Below the pieces are notes generated by a model. It saw only the letters and a list, made by a program, of their open reading frames with translations. It was not told where the DNA came from and ran no database searches. From assembly GCA_964606385.1 (NCBI GenBank), contig CAZSFZ010000006.1, positions 45,943 to 109,942 on the forward strand: DNA of 64,000 nucleotides. The letters are read 5' to 3'. The stretch's first letter is position 1. Each line of letters opens with the position of its first letter. This DNA comes from an uncultured bacterium (lineage in GTDB: Bacteria > Omnitrophota > Omnitrophia > Omnitrophales > Aquincolibacteriaceae). A program made the position numbers and the translations under genes. Below are positions 55,723 through 64,000 of the stretch, in pieces.

Positions 55723-57186
55723 ATGACCAAGGGAAAACGGATCCTGGTAGTCGAAAAAGACGACGCGACCCGGGAGCTCGTCCTGATGCGGCTCCATTCC
55801 CGCCACCACAAGGTTTTTGAAGCTTCCAAAAGTACTCAAGCCCTGAGGTTCCTTGACCGCGAGGTGCTGGACCTGATCCTTCTTTCAAGCGACATGGAGC
55901 CTGTGGGCGGCAAGATGCTGATCCAGGTCATCCGGTCCCGGTCCCATCTGATGTCAGTCCCGGTCGTCATGATCACGGATGAGTTCCAATTGACCGAACT
56001 GATGCTCGGCCATGAAAAAGGTTTTGACGATTTTCTGGTGAGGCCGTTCAGCCCGCTTGTGTTGCAATTACGCGTCAACCTGAACATCGCGAAGACGATG
56101 GAGCGGGTCGAAGCGAACGCACTCACGCACCTTCCCGGGAACCACGCGATCGAGAAGATCGTCCAGAAGAAGATCCAGGCGGGGGAGAAATTCTCGGTCC
56201 TTTATATCGACATCAATAATTTTAAGGCGTTCAACGATCATTACAGTTTCCAGAAGGGGGATGAGGCGATCCTTCAGACCGCCCGCCTTCTCGTGTCGAC
56301 CAGCCACGCCGTGGCGCGGGACGGGGAATGCTTCATCGGGCATATCGGGGGGGATGATTTTATCGTGGTGCTTCCGCCCGAACTCGAAGAGGTCTATGCG
56401 CGTCAATTCATCGACGATTTTGACCGGATCATCCCGACCTACTACAATAAAAAAGACCGGGATGCCGGCTTCATTCGCGTGGAGAACCGGCGCGGCAAAA
56501 TGGAAAATTTTCCTCTCATGTCCTGTTCGGTGGCCGGCTGCACCAACACGTACCGGAATTATGTGAACCTTCGTGAGATCGCGCAGGACGCGGCGGAGGT
56601 CAAAACGTTCCTGAAGAGCCAGCCGGGGAGCCATTACCTTCAGGATCGCCGTTCGGCCCCGATCAAAAAACTGGATGAAGCGGTCCATATCCTGGAACCG
56701 GAGATCAAGCCGCCCAAATCCAAAAAGCGCGTGGACCCGCTGGGCCAGGTCCTGGTGAGCTCCGGTTTGATCACTGAGGAGCAGCTTGACCAGGCCCTCA
56801 AACAGCACCTCCAAACGGGCCATCGTCTCGGCCAGACCCTGATCGACATGAACCTCATCTCGAGCCAGGATGTGGGGCGGATGTTGGAAAAGAAACTTAA
56901 AGTGCCTTATTTCAGTCTGAAGGGATGGACGCCGGACCCGGCCGTTTTTCATCTCTTTAACGCGGAGTTCGTGCTTCATCACCGCGCGGTCCCGATCGGT
57001 GTTTCCGAGGGTTCGGTGCGGGTCGCCATGTGCGATCCCTTCGATCTCAGGACGCTCGACGCGATCGAACGGATCACGGGCCTCAAACCCGTGCCGTACC
57101 TCGCGCTGGAAGACGAATTCGAGCGCCTCCTCGAAACCCTGGCCCCGGATACGGGCCGGGGAGCCGAACCCGTCCCGTCCATCTAG
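55723..57186 (+). CDS. response-regulator receiver + GGDEF-type (GGDDF variant) domain + C-terminal MshEN (GspE-N-like) c-di-GMP-binding domain
   Basis: REC domain (ILVVEKDD...LILLSSDM...VPVVMITD). GGDEF fold with LYIDINNFKAFND and IGGDDF in place of GG(D/E)EF. Two tandem MshEN motifs, PLGQVLVSSGLITEEQLDQALKQ and HRLGQTLIDMNLISSQDVGRMLEK, then a GspE_N-like alpha/beta subdomain. Confidence 0.8.
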   Translation: MTKGKRILVVEKDDATRELVLMRLHSRHHKVFEASKSTQALRFLDREVLDLILLSSDMEPVGGKMLIQVIRSRSHLMSVPVVMITDEFQLTELMLGHEKGFDDFLVRPFSPLVLQLRVNLNIAKTMERVEANALTHLPGNHAIEKIVQKKIQAGEKFSVLYIDINNFKAFNDHYSFQKGDEAILQTARLLVSTSHAVARDGECFIGHIGGDDFIVVLPPELEEVYARQFIDDFDRIIPTYYNKKDRDAGFIRVENRRGKMENFPLMSCSVAGCTNTYRNYVNLREIAQDAAEVKTFLKSQPGSHYLQDRRSAPIKKLDEAVHILEPEIKPPKSKKRVDPLGQVLVSSGLITEEQLDQALKQHLQTGHRLGQTLIDMNLISSQDVGRMLEKKLKVPYFSLKGWTPDPAVFHLFNAEFVLHHRAVPIGVSEGSVRVAMCDPFDLRTLDAIERITGLKPVPYLALEDEFERLLETLAPDTGRGAEPVPSI

Positions 57187-57274
57187 ATCCTCCAAAAAAA
57201 TGTAAGGAAAGTCCCCGACTGGCCGTTTTTATATATAGGCGTGGCTCGCCATCCAGGGCCGCGCGGGCGAGGCC

Positions 57275-57610
57275 ATGGGGATAGAATCTTTTCCTGAGAT
57301 CGAGAATTTTCAGAAATTACCGCGCGAAGTCATCATCAAGGGCGCCAGCACCCACTTCCACGAGGCGGAAGGGGCGTCCCTTCAAGGGATCGTCATCAAT
57401 AACATCGGTCATCCGATCAAGAATATCCGCGCCCAGCTGGTCATTTTTGATAAAAATCAGGTTCCGCTCATGGGGACCAGCGTGCCTACCGAACCGGACC
57501 ATCTTCCCCAGGGAGGGATCGCGAACTTCCATTTCCGGCTGAAAGAGCATAAGTCAGAGATTAAAAAGTACTTCCTGTACGCTAATTGGGGCTTTGACGA
57601 AACGGCATAG
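57275..57610 (+). CDS. hypothetical protein (111 aa)
   Basis: ORF only. No recognisable motif. Coding-like codon usage. Confidence 0.35.
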   Translation: MGIESFPEIENFQKLPREVIIKGASTHFHEAEGASLQGIVINNIGHPIKNIRAQLVIFDKNQVPLMGTSVPTEPDHLPQGGIANFHFRLKEHKSEIKKYFLYANWGFDETA

Positions 57611-57749
57611 CTTCGTCTTTTTGCCCTTTTGGGGGAGACGGCACTGGTACTGCGACCCTGTATAAAATTAATTGTAACGCAGCGTTTGTTCGTTTAAGCT
57701 ATATCCCTGTTTTTAGGATCTGGAATATCCCCCCAGGAGAAGGTCCCTT

Positions 57750-57953
57750 ATGGATTTTTATGTATGCCCGGTGTGCGAGGAGCATATTGAGCATGACTTG
57801 ATGGTGTTCTTGAAGCATACGGATCACCACATTATCGATGTGATCCTCAAGGAGCATCCCAAGTGGGCGCATGGGGATGGGATCTGCAAGGAATGTCTGG
57901 ATTATTACAAGAAAAGCATCGGTCATACGTCTTATATGGAAGATGCGGGGTAG
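57750..57953 (+). CDS. small zinc-ribbon protein (67 aa)
   Basis: RBS CAGGAGAAGGtcccttATG. CPVC...(45 aa)...CKEC four-Cys arrangement. Confidence 0.4.
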   Translation: MDFYVCPVCEEHIEHDLMVFLKHTDHHIIDVILKEHPKWAHGDGICKECLDYYKKSIGHTSYMEDAG

Positions 57954-57986
57954 CGGTGATCCCCGGAAGATAGGGTTTCAAGATCC

Positions 57987-58433
57987 ATGAAGAAATTTAC
58001 TTTTGTTTTCGCTCTGGTCCTGAGTTTTTTTGCGATGGGCGCGGTGCCTGCCGCCCGGAGCGCGGAAAACCTCGAGCCGGTCGCGCAGTCCAAGGCATAT
58101 CAGGATTTCCTCAAAAAACCCGCGAACGATTTTTCCAAAATGGTCTGTCTCTTGAACTATTTCCGGGTCCAGCCGGTCGTGGTCCGGTTCGAAGAGATCG
58201 ATTACACGGCCCAGTTCGCTTATCCGTTCGGGCTGACATATTTGATGACGCACTACAAGAACGAAAGTCCGGATCAGTGGGCGAGGAAGCATTGCTATCG
58301 CTCGCCTTTTAACAACACCGTCATTTTTCTCAAATTCCAGGACGGCAGTTTCCGGCCGCTCCGGGATGTGGTCCTGGAGAAATATCAGGAGCTGGAAGAG
58401 GCCCTGAAGACGCGGACCGCACAGGCCTCTTAG
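57987..58433 (+). CDS. secreted hypothetical protein (148 aa)
   Basis: Signal peptide MKKFTFVFALVLSFFAMGAVPAARSA. No assignable domain. Confidence 0.45.
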   Translation: MKKFTFVFALVLSFFAMGAVPAARSAENLEPVAQSKAYQDFLKKPANDFSKMVCLLNYFRVQPVVVRFEEIDYTAQFAYPFGLTYLMTHYKNESPDQWARKHCYRSPFNNTVIFLKFQDGSFRPLRDVVLEKYQELEEALKTRTAQAS

Positions 58434-58518
58434 GCTATTGAAGGGTGTTAAGGGTTAGGACGGTTTTGCCGTCAAACCATAACGGCTCGTCAATAACGTT
58501 TTAACGAAAGGCTCTCTT

Positions 58519-58743
58519 ATGGCAAATGATATGGATGTGAAACCCGTCAGGTCGCGCGACCTCGCGCTGGTCGGTTATGATGCGGCCACCTCGATCCTGG
58601 AAGTCGTGTTCCGGGCGGGGGGGGTGTACCGCTACAGGGAAGTCCCCGAAAGCGTGTATCACGGACTCATGTCGGCGCCTTCTCACGGGACTTTCTTCCA
58701 GAAACACATCAAGGTCCAGTACTCTTACACAAAGGTCAGCTGA
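58519..58743 (+). CDS. KTSC-domain protein
   Basis: LALVGYDAATSILEVVFRAGGVYRYREVPESVYHGLMSAPSHGTFFQKHIK matches the KTSC (PF13619) pattern. Confidence 0.6.
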   Translation: MANDMDVKPVRSRDLALVGYDAATSILEVVFRAGGVYRYREVPESVYHGLMSAPSHGTFFQKHIKVQYSYTKVS

Positions 58744-58751
58744 TCCTGATC

Positions 58752-59780
58752 ATGAAACAAAACCCGCGGGTTTTAGTTCTTCCGGTTTTTTTTGTTTTTT
58801 CCATCCTATGCCTGGGTTTCGGTCCTCTGGCTCACGCGGAGGAATTTTCGGAAACGGAGGATCCCACCGCGGAGGACCTGCAGCCTGAGCCGGAAAGTGC
58901 TCCTCCCCAGGACCCTCTACTGAAGATCGAAGCGTCGCTTGACCAGAATTCCGTCAAAAGCGGGATGATGTTCCTCGCCCATGTGCAGGCCGAGAACACA
59001 AGCGGGGACACCTCGGTCGATTTCTGGTGCAATTCCTGCTCTTATGAAAAGCACTGGGTGACGGACAACGCCGGTGTTTTCATCCAATCCTGGACCTGTA
59101 ATGAAAACACCTTTGAAGAGGTCACGCTGGATCCCGGTGAATCTTACTCGAAGAACATCATTCTCTATATCCCCAAAAAGGATGGCAGTGCCCCCGTGAC
59201 GTTCCGGTTAGGATTCAAGCGCATGAGCGAGAACGGCGATGTGGCCGAACCGATCTGGAGCGATCCTGTCACGATGAACGTGCTGGTCCCCGATGAGATG
59301 AAAGAGATCACGACTCCCGCGCCCGTCCAAAATCCTGAGCGGATCGCGGATCCGGTTCTCGCGGCAGCGACGCCTCCGGCCGAAGTGCCTACGGCACCGG
59401 CTGCGTCAACGGAACCATCCGCCGTATCGGCGCCTGGAACAGCGGAAGTGCCGGGAAATCGACCCCTTGTTTTCGAGGATCCTGGTGTCCCGATCCGCAT
59501 TCCGCCGGGGCAGGAATTCCTGATCGTTTTGGCCAGTAATCCTTCCACGGGATTCCGCTGGGAAATGACACTCCCTGAGGGCCAAAAGATCATCGAGTTT
59601 CTCAGCTCTGAGCATATCGTCTCCCAGGAAGTGATGCCGGGAGTTCCCGGCGAAGAGGTCTACAAGTTCAAGGCGGCCACCTTGGGAGAAACAAAAGCCG
59701 AGTTTGTCTATGAGCGGCCCTGGGAGCCCAAAACGGCGCCGACCCGCAAGATCTTCACGATCCTTGTTCAAGAAAATTAG
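58752..59780 (+). CDS. secreted protein with C-terminal chagasin-family (I42) peptidase-inhibitor domain
   Basis: Signal peptide, a Pro/Ala-rich linker and a C-terminal beta-sandwich with the NPSTGFRW motif (chagasin NPTTGY[RS]W). Confidence 0.55.
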   Translation: MKQNPRVLVLPVFFVFSILCLGFGPLAHAEEFSETEDPTAEDLQPEPESAPPQDPLLKIEASLDQNSVKSGMMFLAHVQAENTSGDTSVDFWCNSCSYEKHWVTDNAGVFIQSWTCNENTFEEVTLDPGESYSKNIILYIPKKDGSAPVTFRLGFKRMSENGDVAEPIWSDPVTMNVLVPDEMKEITTPAPVQNPERIADPVLAAATPPAEVPTAPAASTEPSAVSAPGTAEVPGNRPLVFEDPGVPIRIPPGQEFLIVLASNPSTGFRWEMTLPEGQKIIEFLSSEHIVSQEVMPGVPGEEVYKFKAATLGETKAEFVYERPWEPKTAPTRKIFTILVQEN

Positions 59781-59806
59781 GCCCACCTCGCTTTTTCCCG
59801 CGTTCC

Positions 59807-61192
59807 ATGCATAGCCCCCGTGTCGTCATCGTTGGCGGCGGCATTTCAGGCCTCAGCACCGCTTTTTTTCTTATGAGAGAGGTTTCTCAAAAAGGTCTCT
59901 CTCCGAGGATCACGGTCCTGGAAGGCTCCGAGCGTTTCGGCGGTGTTCTGAAAACTATCCGGCACGGGAACGTCCGGATGGAGGCGGGAGCGGACGCGTT
60001 TTACGGGGCCCGGAAAGATACCTTGGACCTTTGCGGTCTGCTGGGCCTTCAGGATGAGGTGATCCAGGCGGCTCCGTGCTTCCGGAATTTTTATTGTTTT
60101 ATTCATAAAAAGCTCATGCCGGTTCCAAATTTCCCGGATTCATTCCAAGCCGCAATCCGTTTTCTGAACGATCCCCGTCTGACTTTTTCCGCCAAAGGCA
60201 GGATGCTGCTGGAGCCCTTTGTTCCCGCAAGAAAAGAAGTCGCGGACGAAAGCCTCGCGAGTTTTATCCGCCGCCGTTTAGGCCAGGGATTCTACGAAGG
60301 GGTTGTAAGGCCATGGGTGCGAAGTGTTTATATGGCGGACCCGGAACGGCTGAGTCTGGAAGCGGTATTCCCGAAGCTCCGGCGGGCGGAGAGGGAATGC
60401 GGAAGTATTTCGGGATTATTCTTTCACGGGGATCCGGTCTCTCGAGGGGAATCATCGGGATTTTTCACGCTCAAACAGGGTCTTGAAAGTCTTGTCCGAG
60501 CGCTTGTGGAGAATCTGAAGGGGCTTGAACTGCGCCTGTCCACTCCCGTACGGCAATGTGTTCGCCGGGATGGTTGGGAGGTCTTTCTTGAGGATGGTTC
60601 CGTGGTGAAGGCCGATATCCTTTGTCTTGCCATGAACACTTGTGAAGCTTCAAGATTGCTCTCCGCGGAAGCCGCGGGGCTTGCGGAGGCGTTATTAACC
60701 ATCCCTTACGATTCGATCGCTTCCGTGAACCTTGCTTTCAAAGTCTCGGATGCGCGGTTTCTCCCGATGAACCCCGGATTTCTCATTAGCGACGCTGATA
60801 ACTCTCCTTTCTCAAGTCTCAAATATCTGGGGCACGATGCGGACGGGCAATGCGCGGTTTTCCGGGTCTTTTTGTCCGAGAGGATGACGCCAGGCCTTTT
60901 CCATGAAAGCGATGATTCGATCATTCAAAAAATCGTAGCCTTTGTGGCCGATCGTTTGGATATGAACGCGGAATTACTTTACCGCGGGGTGGAGCGGTAT
61001 CCCCAGGCGTTCCCTCAATATGAGGTGGGACATCCGGATCTGGTGTCGAAAATTGAAAAGATGTGTGCGTCACACCCCGGTCTTTTTCTGGCAGGGAACG
61101 GATTCCGCGGATTCGGGATCACCGATTGCGTTCGTCAGGCCAGAAGTATGGCTTCCGGTATCGTTGCCCGCATGTTGAGAAACCAATCCTAG
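59807..61192 (+). CDS. hemY: protoporphyrinogen/coproporphyrinogen oxidase-like FAD amine oxidase (HemY/CgoX family)
   Basis: VVIVGGGISGLSTAF...LEGSERFGGVLKTI...EAGADAF N-terminus and a GFGITDCV-like C-terminal motif. Family-level call. Confidence 0.55.
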   Translation: MHSPRVVIVGGGISGLSTAFFLMREVSQKGLSPRITVLEGSERFGGVLKTIRHGNVRMEAGADAFYGARKDTLDLCGLLGLQDEVIQAAPCFRNFYCFIHKKLMPVPNFPDSFQAAIRFLNDPRLTFSAKGRMLLEPFVPARKEVADESLASFIRRRLGQGFYEGVVRPWVRSVYMADPERLSLEAVFPKLRRAERECGSISGLFFHGDPVSRGESSGFFTLKQGLESLVRALVENLKGLELRLSTPVRQCVRRDGWEVFLEDGSVVKADILCLAMNTCEASRLLSAEAAGLAEALLTIPYDSIASVNLAFKVSDARFLPMNPGFLISDADNSPFSSLKYLGHDADGQCAVFRVFLSERMTPGLFHESDDSIIQKIVAFVADRLDMNAELLYRGVERYPQAFPQYEVGHPDLVSKIEKMCASHPGLFLAGNGFRGFGITDCVRQARSMASGIVARMLRNQS

Positions 61193-61226
61193 CAGGGATC
61201 CAGCTGATAGAGTATAATTGCCTCCC

Positions 61227-63317
61227 ATGTCATTCCGGGAACATCCCAACTCCCCAGACTGTGCCTGCTCCAAGGAGGCTTTTTCTCAAGCCCCGGGTGC
61301 GGAGTCTGTCCCTCAGCGGCTTTCCCGGTATCAACGCCTTTCCCTTTATTTGATCAAACCTTCCAAATATGATGATGAAGGTTATCTCATCCGCTATTGG
61401 AAAGGGGTCCTTCCGAGCAATACGCTGTCCTGCCTGAACGGTTTGAGCGAAGATGTCCGTGATCGCGGGGTTCTCGGGAAAGACCTTCAGTGGGAGATCC
61501 GCTTGATCGACGATACGGTCGAAAAGATCCCGTATCAGAAGATCGTCCGGCAGAGCAAAAAACCGGGGACCAAAGTGGTGGTATGCCTCGTGGGAGTCCA
61601 GTCGAACCAGGTGCCGCGCGCCGCCGATATCGCGATGAAATTCCGCAAGGACGGCCTGACGGTCATGATGGGGGGATTCCATGTGAGCGGGGTGATGGCT
61701 ACCTTGCCGGACCTGACGCCGGAACTGGTGACGCTCCAGAATGCGGGCGTAAGCCTTTCGGCGGGCGAAGCCGAGGGCGGGCACTGGGAGCAAATGCTTT
61801 CCGACGCGCTCCACGACCGTCTGAAACCTGTTTATAATTTTCTGCATGAGATCCCGGACATCTCGCGCTCTCCCTTTCCGAAGATCAATCCCAAACATCA
61901 AAGCCACTACGCCCTCCAGCATTTCGGGACGCTTGATTGCGGCCGCGGCTGTCCTTTTGGGTGCAGTTTCTGCACCGTGATCAATGTGCAGGGGCGCAAG
62001 ATGCGGTTCCGCGATGTAGACCTTTTGATCGAAACGATTCGGCAGGGTTATCGCGAACACAAGATCTCGCATTATTTTTTTACCGATGACAATTTCTGCC
62101 GTCACAAGAACTGGGAGCTGATCCTCGACCGTTTGATCGAACTCAAGGAGAAAGAGGGGATCCCGTTCCACTTTATGATGCAGCTGGATACCCAGGCGCA
62201 TACGGTGCCGAATTTCGTAGAAAAATCCGCGCGGGCCGGGTGCCGCCAGGTTTTTATCGGGATGGAAAGCCTGAACCAGGAAAATCTCAAGGCGGCCAAG
62301 AAAAGTCAGAACGATATCGAGGATTTCAAGAAACTCGTCGACTCCTTTCACGAAGTCGGGATCGTTTGCCATCTGGCGTACATTATCGGTTTTCCCCTGG
62401 ATACCGTGGAGTCGGTGAAACAGGACGTCGAGAAGCTCATGACCTTTGGCGCGGGGCAAGCCTCCTTTTTTATGATGACGCCTCTTCCGGGAGCCATGGA
62501 CTACAAGCACGCGTTCGAGCGCCGGATGTTGATGGATGCCGACCTTAATAATTTTGATGCCTTTCATGAGACCCACCGTCATCCGAGAATGAAACCCGGG
62601 GAATGGCAAGCGGCGTATGAAGCCGCATGGCAAACGTTTTACAGTACCCAGAACATGAAGGATATCCTCGCGAGGGACCTGCAGGGCGATAACTACTGGG
62701 GGATCTTCCTGAATTTTATCTGGTACAAGAATTCCATCGATGTGGAAGGCGGTCATCCGATGATCAGCGGCTTTTTCCGGCTCAAGGGACGTCTGGAACG
62801 GCGGACCGGTTATCCGGTCGAGGACCGGTGGACTTATTTCAAACGGCGTTTCTGGGAGGTTCTGCGTAATACCTGCCGGGGATGCCGGCTTTTCATGGAA
62901 TTCGAAGAAGTTTGGGTCGCGACCTGCCGCCGGAGCGCTCTTGATGAAAAGGTGGCCGCCGAGGTCGCCCGCGTGACGCAATCCGCCAAGTCATGGCGCG
63001 AACTTAGTATTTCAGAGCTCTGGCATCTTTATCAGGGGGCGGCCACCGCGCTTGAAAAAAAGAATATCTACCGCTTGCGGACCCCGTCGCGTTTCTGGAT
63101 CGGGATGATGAAATGGAACCTTTTTTCGCTGCGGCTGACAGCGTCCCGCGCCCCGCTCCAAAGGTTCTGGGACCATGCCGGGGAATGCTGGCGGCGGGGA
63201 GAAGGGTGGCGGGTGAATTATCTCCGGGCGCTCAGGGTTCTGATCGAGGAGATCGCTGTTTTTATACAGTTCGTGCTTTCGATGGTGATCTCAGGAATGA
63301 TATTGCGAAAACACTGA
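61227..63317 (+). CDS. B12-binding radical SAM protein (class B) with long C-terminal extension
   Basis: Cobalamin-binding Rossmann segment (VVVCLVGVQSN...MMGGFHVSG) then the radical SAM CGRGCPFGCSFC motif and a ~300-aa C-terminal domain. The exact start is unclear: TTG 61218 or ATG 61227. A TATAAT sits at 61213-61218. Confidence 0.8.
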   Translation: MSFREHPNSPDCACSKEAFSQAPGAESVPQRLSRYQRLSLYLIKPSKYDDEGYLIRYWKGVLPSNTLSCLNGLSEDVRDRGVLGKDLQWEIRLIDDTVEKIPYQKIVRQSKKPGTKVVVCLVGVQSNQVPRAADIAMKFRKDGLTVMMGGFHVSGVMATLPDLTPELVTLQNAGVSLSAGEAEGGHWEQMLSDALHDRLKPVYNFLHEIPDISRSPFPKINPKHQSHYALQHFGTLDCGRGCPFGCSFCTVINVQGRKMRFRDVDLLIETIRQGYREHKISHYFFTDDNFCRHKNWELILDRLIELKEKEGIPFHFMMQLDTQAHTVPNFVEKSARAGCRQVFIGMESLNQENLKAAKKSQNDIEDFKKLVDSFHEVGIVCHLAYIIGFPLDTVESVKQDVEKLMTFGAGQASFFMMTPLPGAMDYKHAFERRMLMDADLNNFDAFHETHRHPRMKPGEWQAAYEAAWQTFYSTQNMKDILARDLQGDNYWGIFLNFIWYKNSIDVEGGHPMISGFFRLKGRLERRTGYPVEDRWTYFKRRFWEVLRNTCRGCRLFMEFEEVWVATCRRSALDEKVAAEVARVTQSAKSWRELSISELWHLYQGAATALEKKNIYRLRTPSRFWIGMMKWNLFSLRLTASRAPLQRFWDHAGECWRRGEGWRVNYLRALRVLIEEIAVFIQFVLSMVISGMILRKH

Positions 63318-63365
63318 TCCTGTGCTTAGCTGTACGGAAAATCACAAGAGGAAATCGAGTTTATC

Positions 63366-64000
63366 GTGAAAGTTTATCTTATTAATCCGCGTTTTCAGCC
63401 GACCATATGGTCTTTTGAAGGCCTTCAGCCGCTCACGGGTACTCGTTTTTCCACAACGCCCCTGGGGATCGCGACGGTGGCGGCGTTGACGCCCGCGCCT
63501 TGGGAAGTCGAGATCGCCGACGAAAATGTTGAAGACATTGATTTTGAAAGTAACGCGGATCTGATCGCGCTCAGTGCTTTCAATGTGCAATATCATCGAG
63601 CTCTGGAGATCATCGCGGAGTTCAAAAAACGCGGCAAAAAGATCGCCGTGGGTGGCCCCTATAACAGCCTTTTTCCGGAAGCCTTTGAAGGAAAATGCGA
63701 TTACCGGATCGTGGGAGAGGCGGAAGAGATCTGGCCCGAATTCCTTCGTGATTTTGAAAAGGGAACGGCCCGCGAGCTCTACAAAGCTGCCGCGAAGGCG
63801 GACGTACGCAAAAGCCCGGTCCCGCGTTATGACCTGATCCGGGGCGACCGTTACAACATGTTCTCCCTCCAGACAAGCCGGGGCTGTCCCTACAATTGCG
63901 AATTCTGCGACATCATCATCATGGATGGACGTGTTCCGCGGACGAAAACGATCCCCCAGGTGCTTGCCGAAGTCGACCATTGCGTGAAACAGGGCGCCCA
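63366..64000 (+). CDS. second B12-binding radical SAM protein (3' partial)
   Basis: GTG start VKVYLINPRF..., B12-binding segment (IALSAFNVQYH...KKIAVGGPY) and a SRGCPYNCEFCD radical SAM motif. It runs off the window end and is absent from the ORF track for that reason. Confidence 0.75.
   Translation, partial: MKVYLINPRFQPTIWSFEGLQPLTGTRFSTTPLGIATVAALTPAPWEVEIADENVEDIDFESNADLIALSAFNVQYHRALEIIAEFKKRGKKIAVGGPYNSLFPEAFEGKCDYRIVGEAEEIWPEFLRDFEKGTARELYKAAAKADVRKSPVPRYDLIRGDRYNMFSLQTSRGCPYNCEFCDIIIMDGRVPRTKTIPQVLAEVDHCVKQGA

Noticed and set aside
61270-61278. Perfect AAGGAGG Shine-Dalgarno inside the first B12-rSAM N-terminal region
   Set aside because: No in-frame start codon lies 4-12 nt downstream in any frame that continues into the enzyme. 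Probably fortuitous, though the true start of this gene remains uncertain.
1-64000. CRISPR arrays, tRNA/rRNA genes, transposases, integrases, phage structural genes and toxin-antitoxin pairs
   Set aside because: The window was scanned for direct-repeat arrays, cloverleaf-like GC-rich 75-90-nt islands and DDE/tyrosine-recombinase motifs. None was seen.

Overview
The window is a GC-rich (~58-60%), gene-dense bacterial chromosomal segment. The call that it is bacterial rests on Shine-Dalgarno sites, 4-bp ATGA/GTGA start-stop overlaps and intrinsic terminators. No rRNA, tRNA, CRISPR, transposase or integrase was seen. From ~18.6 kb to the end, every gene except the pyrophosphatase is on the + strand. 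The content reads as core and accessory metabolism organised in tight operons. In order: (i) a partial GspA/GspB-like pair; (ii) an osmoprotection block of MscS, a membrane-sensor/HAMP-fused trehalose-6-P synthase (OtsA), OtsB, TreS and a tiny hydrophobic peptide; (iii) a membrane spermidine-synthase fusion; (iv) on the minus strand, a complete AmmeMemoRadiSam system with a fused Memo::AMMECR1 protein, a membrane-anchored radical SAM enzyme and a 6-TM partner; (v) a MarR/outer-membrane factor/RND efflux operon with no adaptor subunit, plus MarC; (vi) a PEGA-domain protein overlapping a GT2 membrane glycosyltransferase; (vii) a TerC gene behind a long structured leader, then a V-type H+/Na+ pyrophosphatase; (viii) a permease::UspA fusion, a LacI-like ligand-binding protein with no helix-turn-helix, and the c-di-AMP cyclase CdaA; (ix) glpK-glpD and an ABC-F ATPase; (x) a PHB-depolymerase-family esterase, TatD, TcdA and a TolC-MacA-MacB efflux operon, MFS and GlgB; (xi) a cobalamin riboswitch with an RBS-sequestering hairpin that controls btuB-tonB(Cterm)-btuF-btuC-btuD-btuR; (xii) an ACT/FchA/FolD folate cassette bracketed by ~65-nt inverted repeat elements, followed by panB; (xiii) a REC-GGDEF(GGDDF)-MshEN c-di-GMP protein; (xiv) a run of small hypothetical or secreted proteins (Zn-ribbon, KTSC, chagasin-like inhibitor); (xv) HemY-like oxidase followed by two tandem B12-binding radical SAM enzymes. 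The most unusual items are the sensor-fused OtsA, the fused and membrane-anchored AmmeMemoRadiSam module, the inverted-repeat-flanked folate cassette, the REC-GGDEF-MshEN architecture and the HemY plus tandem B12-rSAM group.
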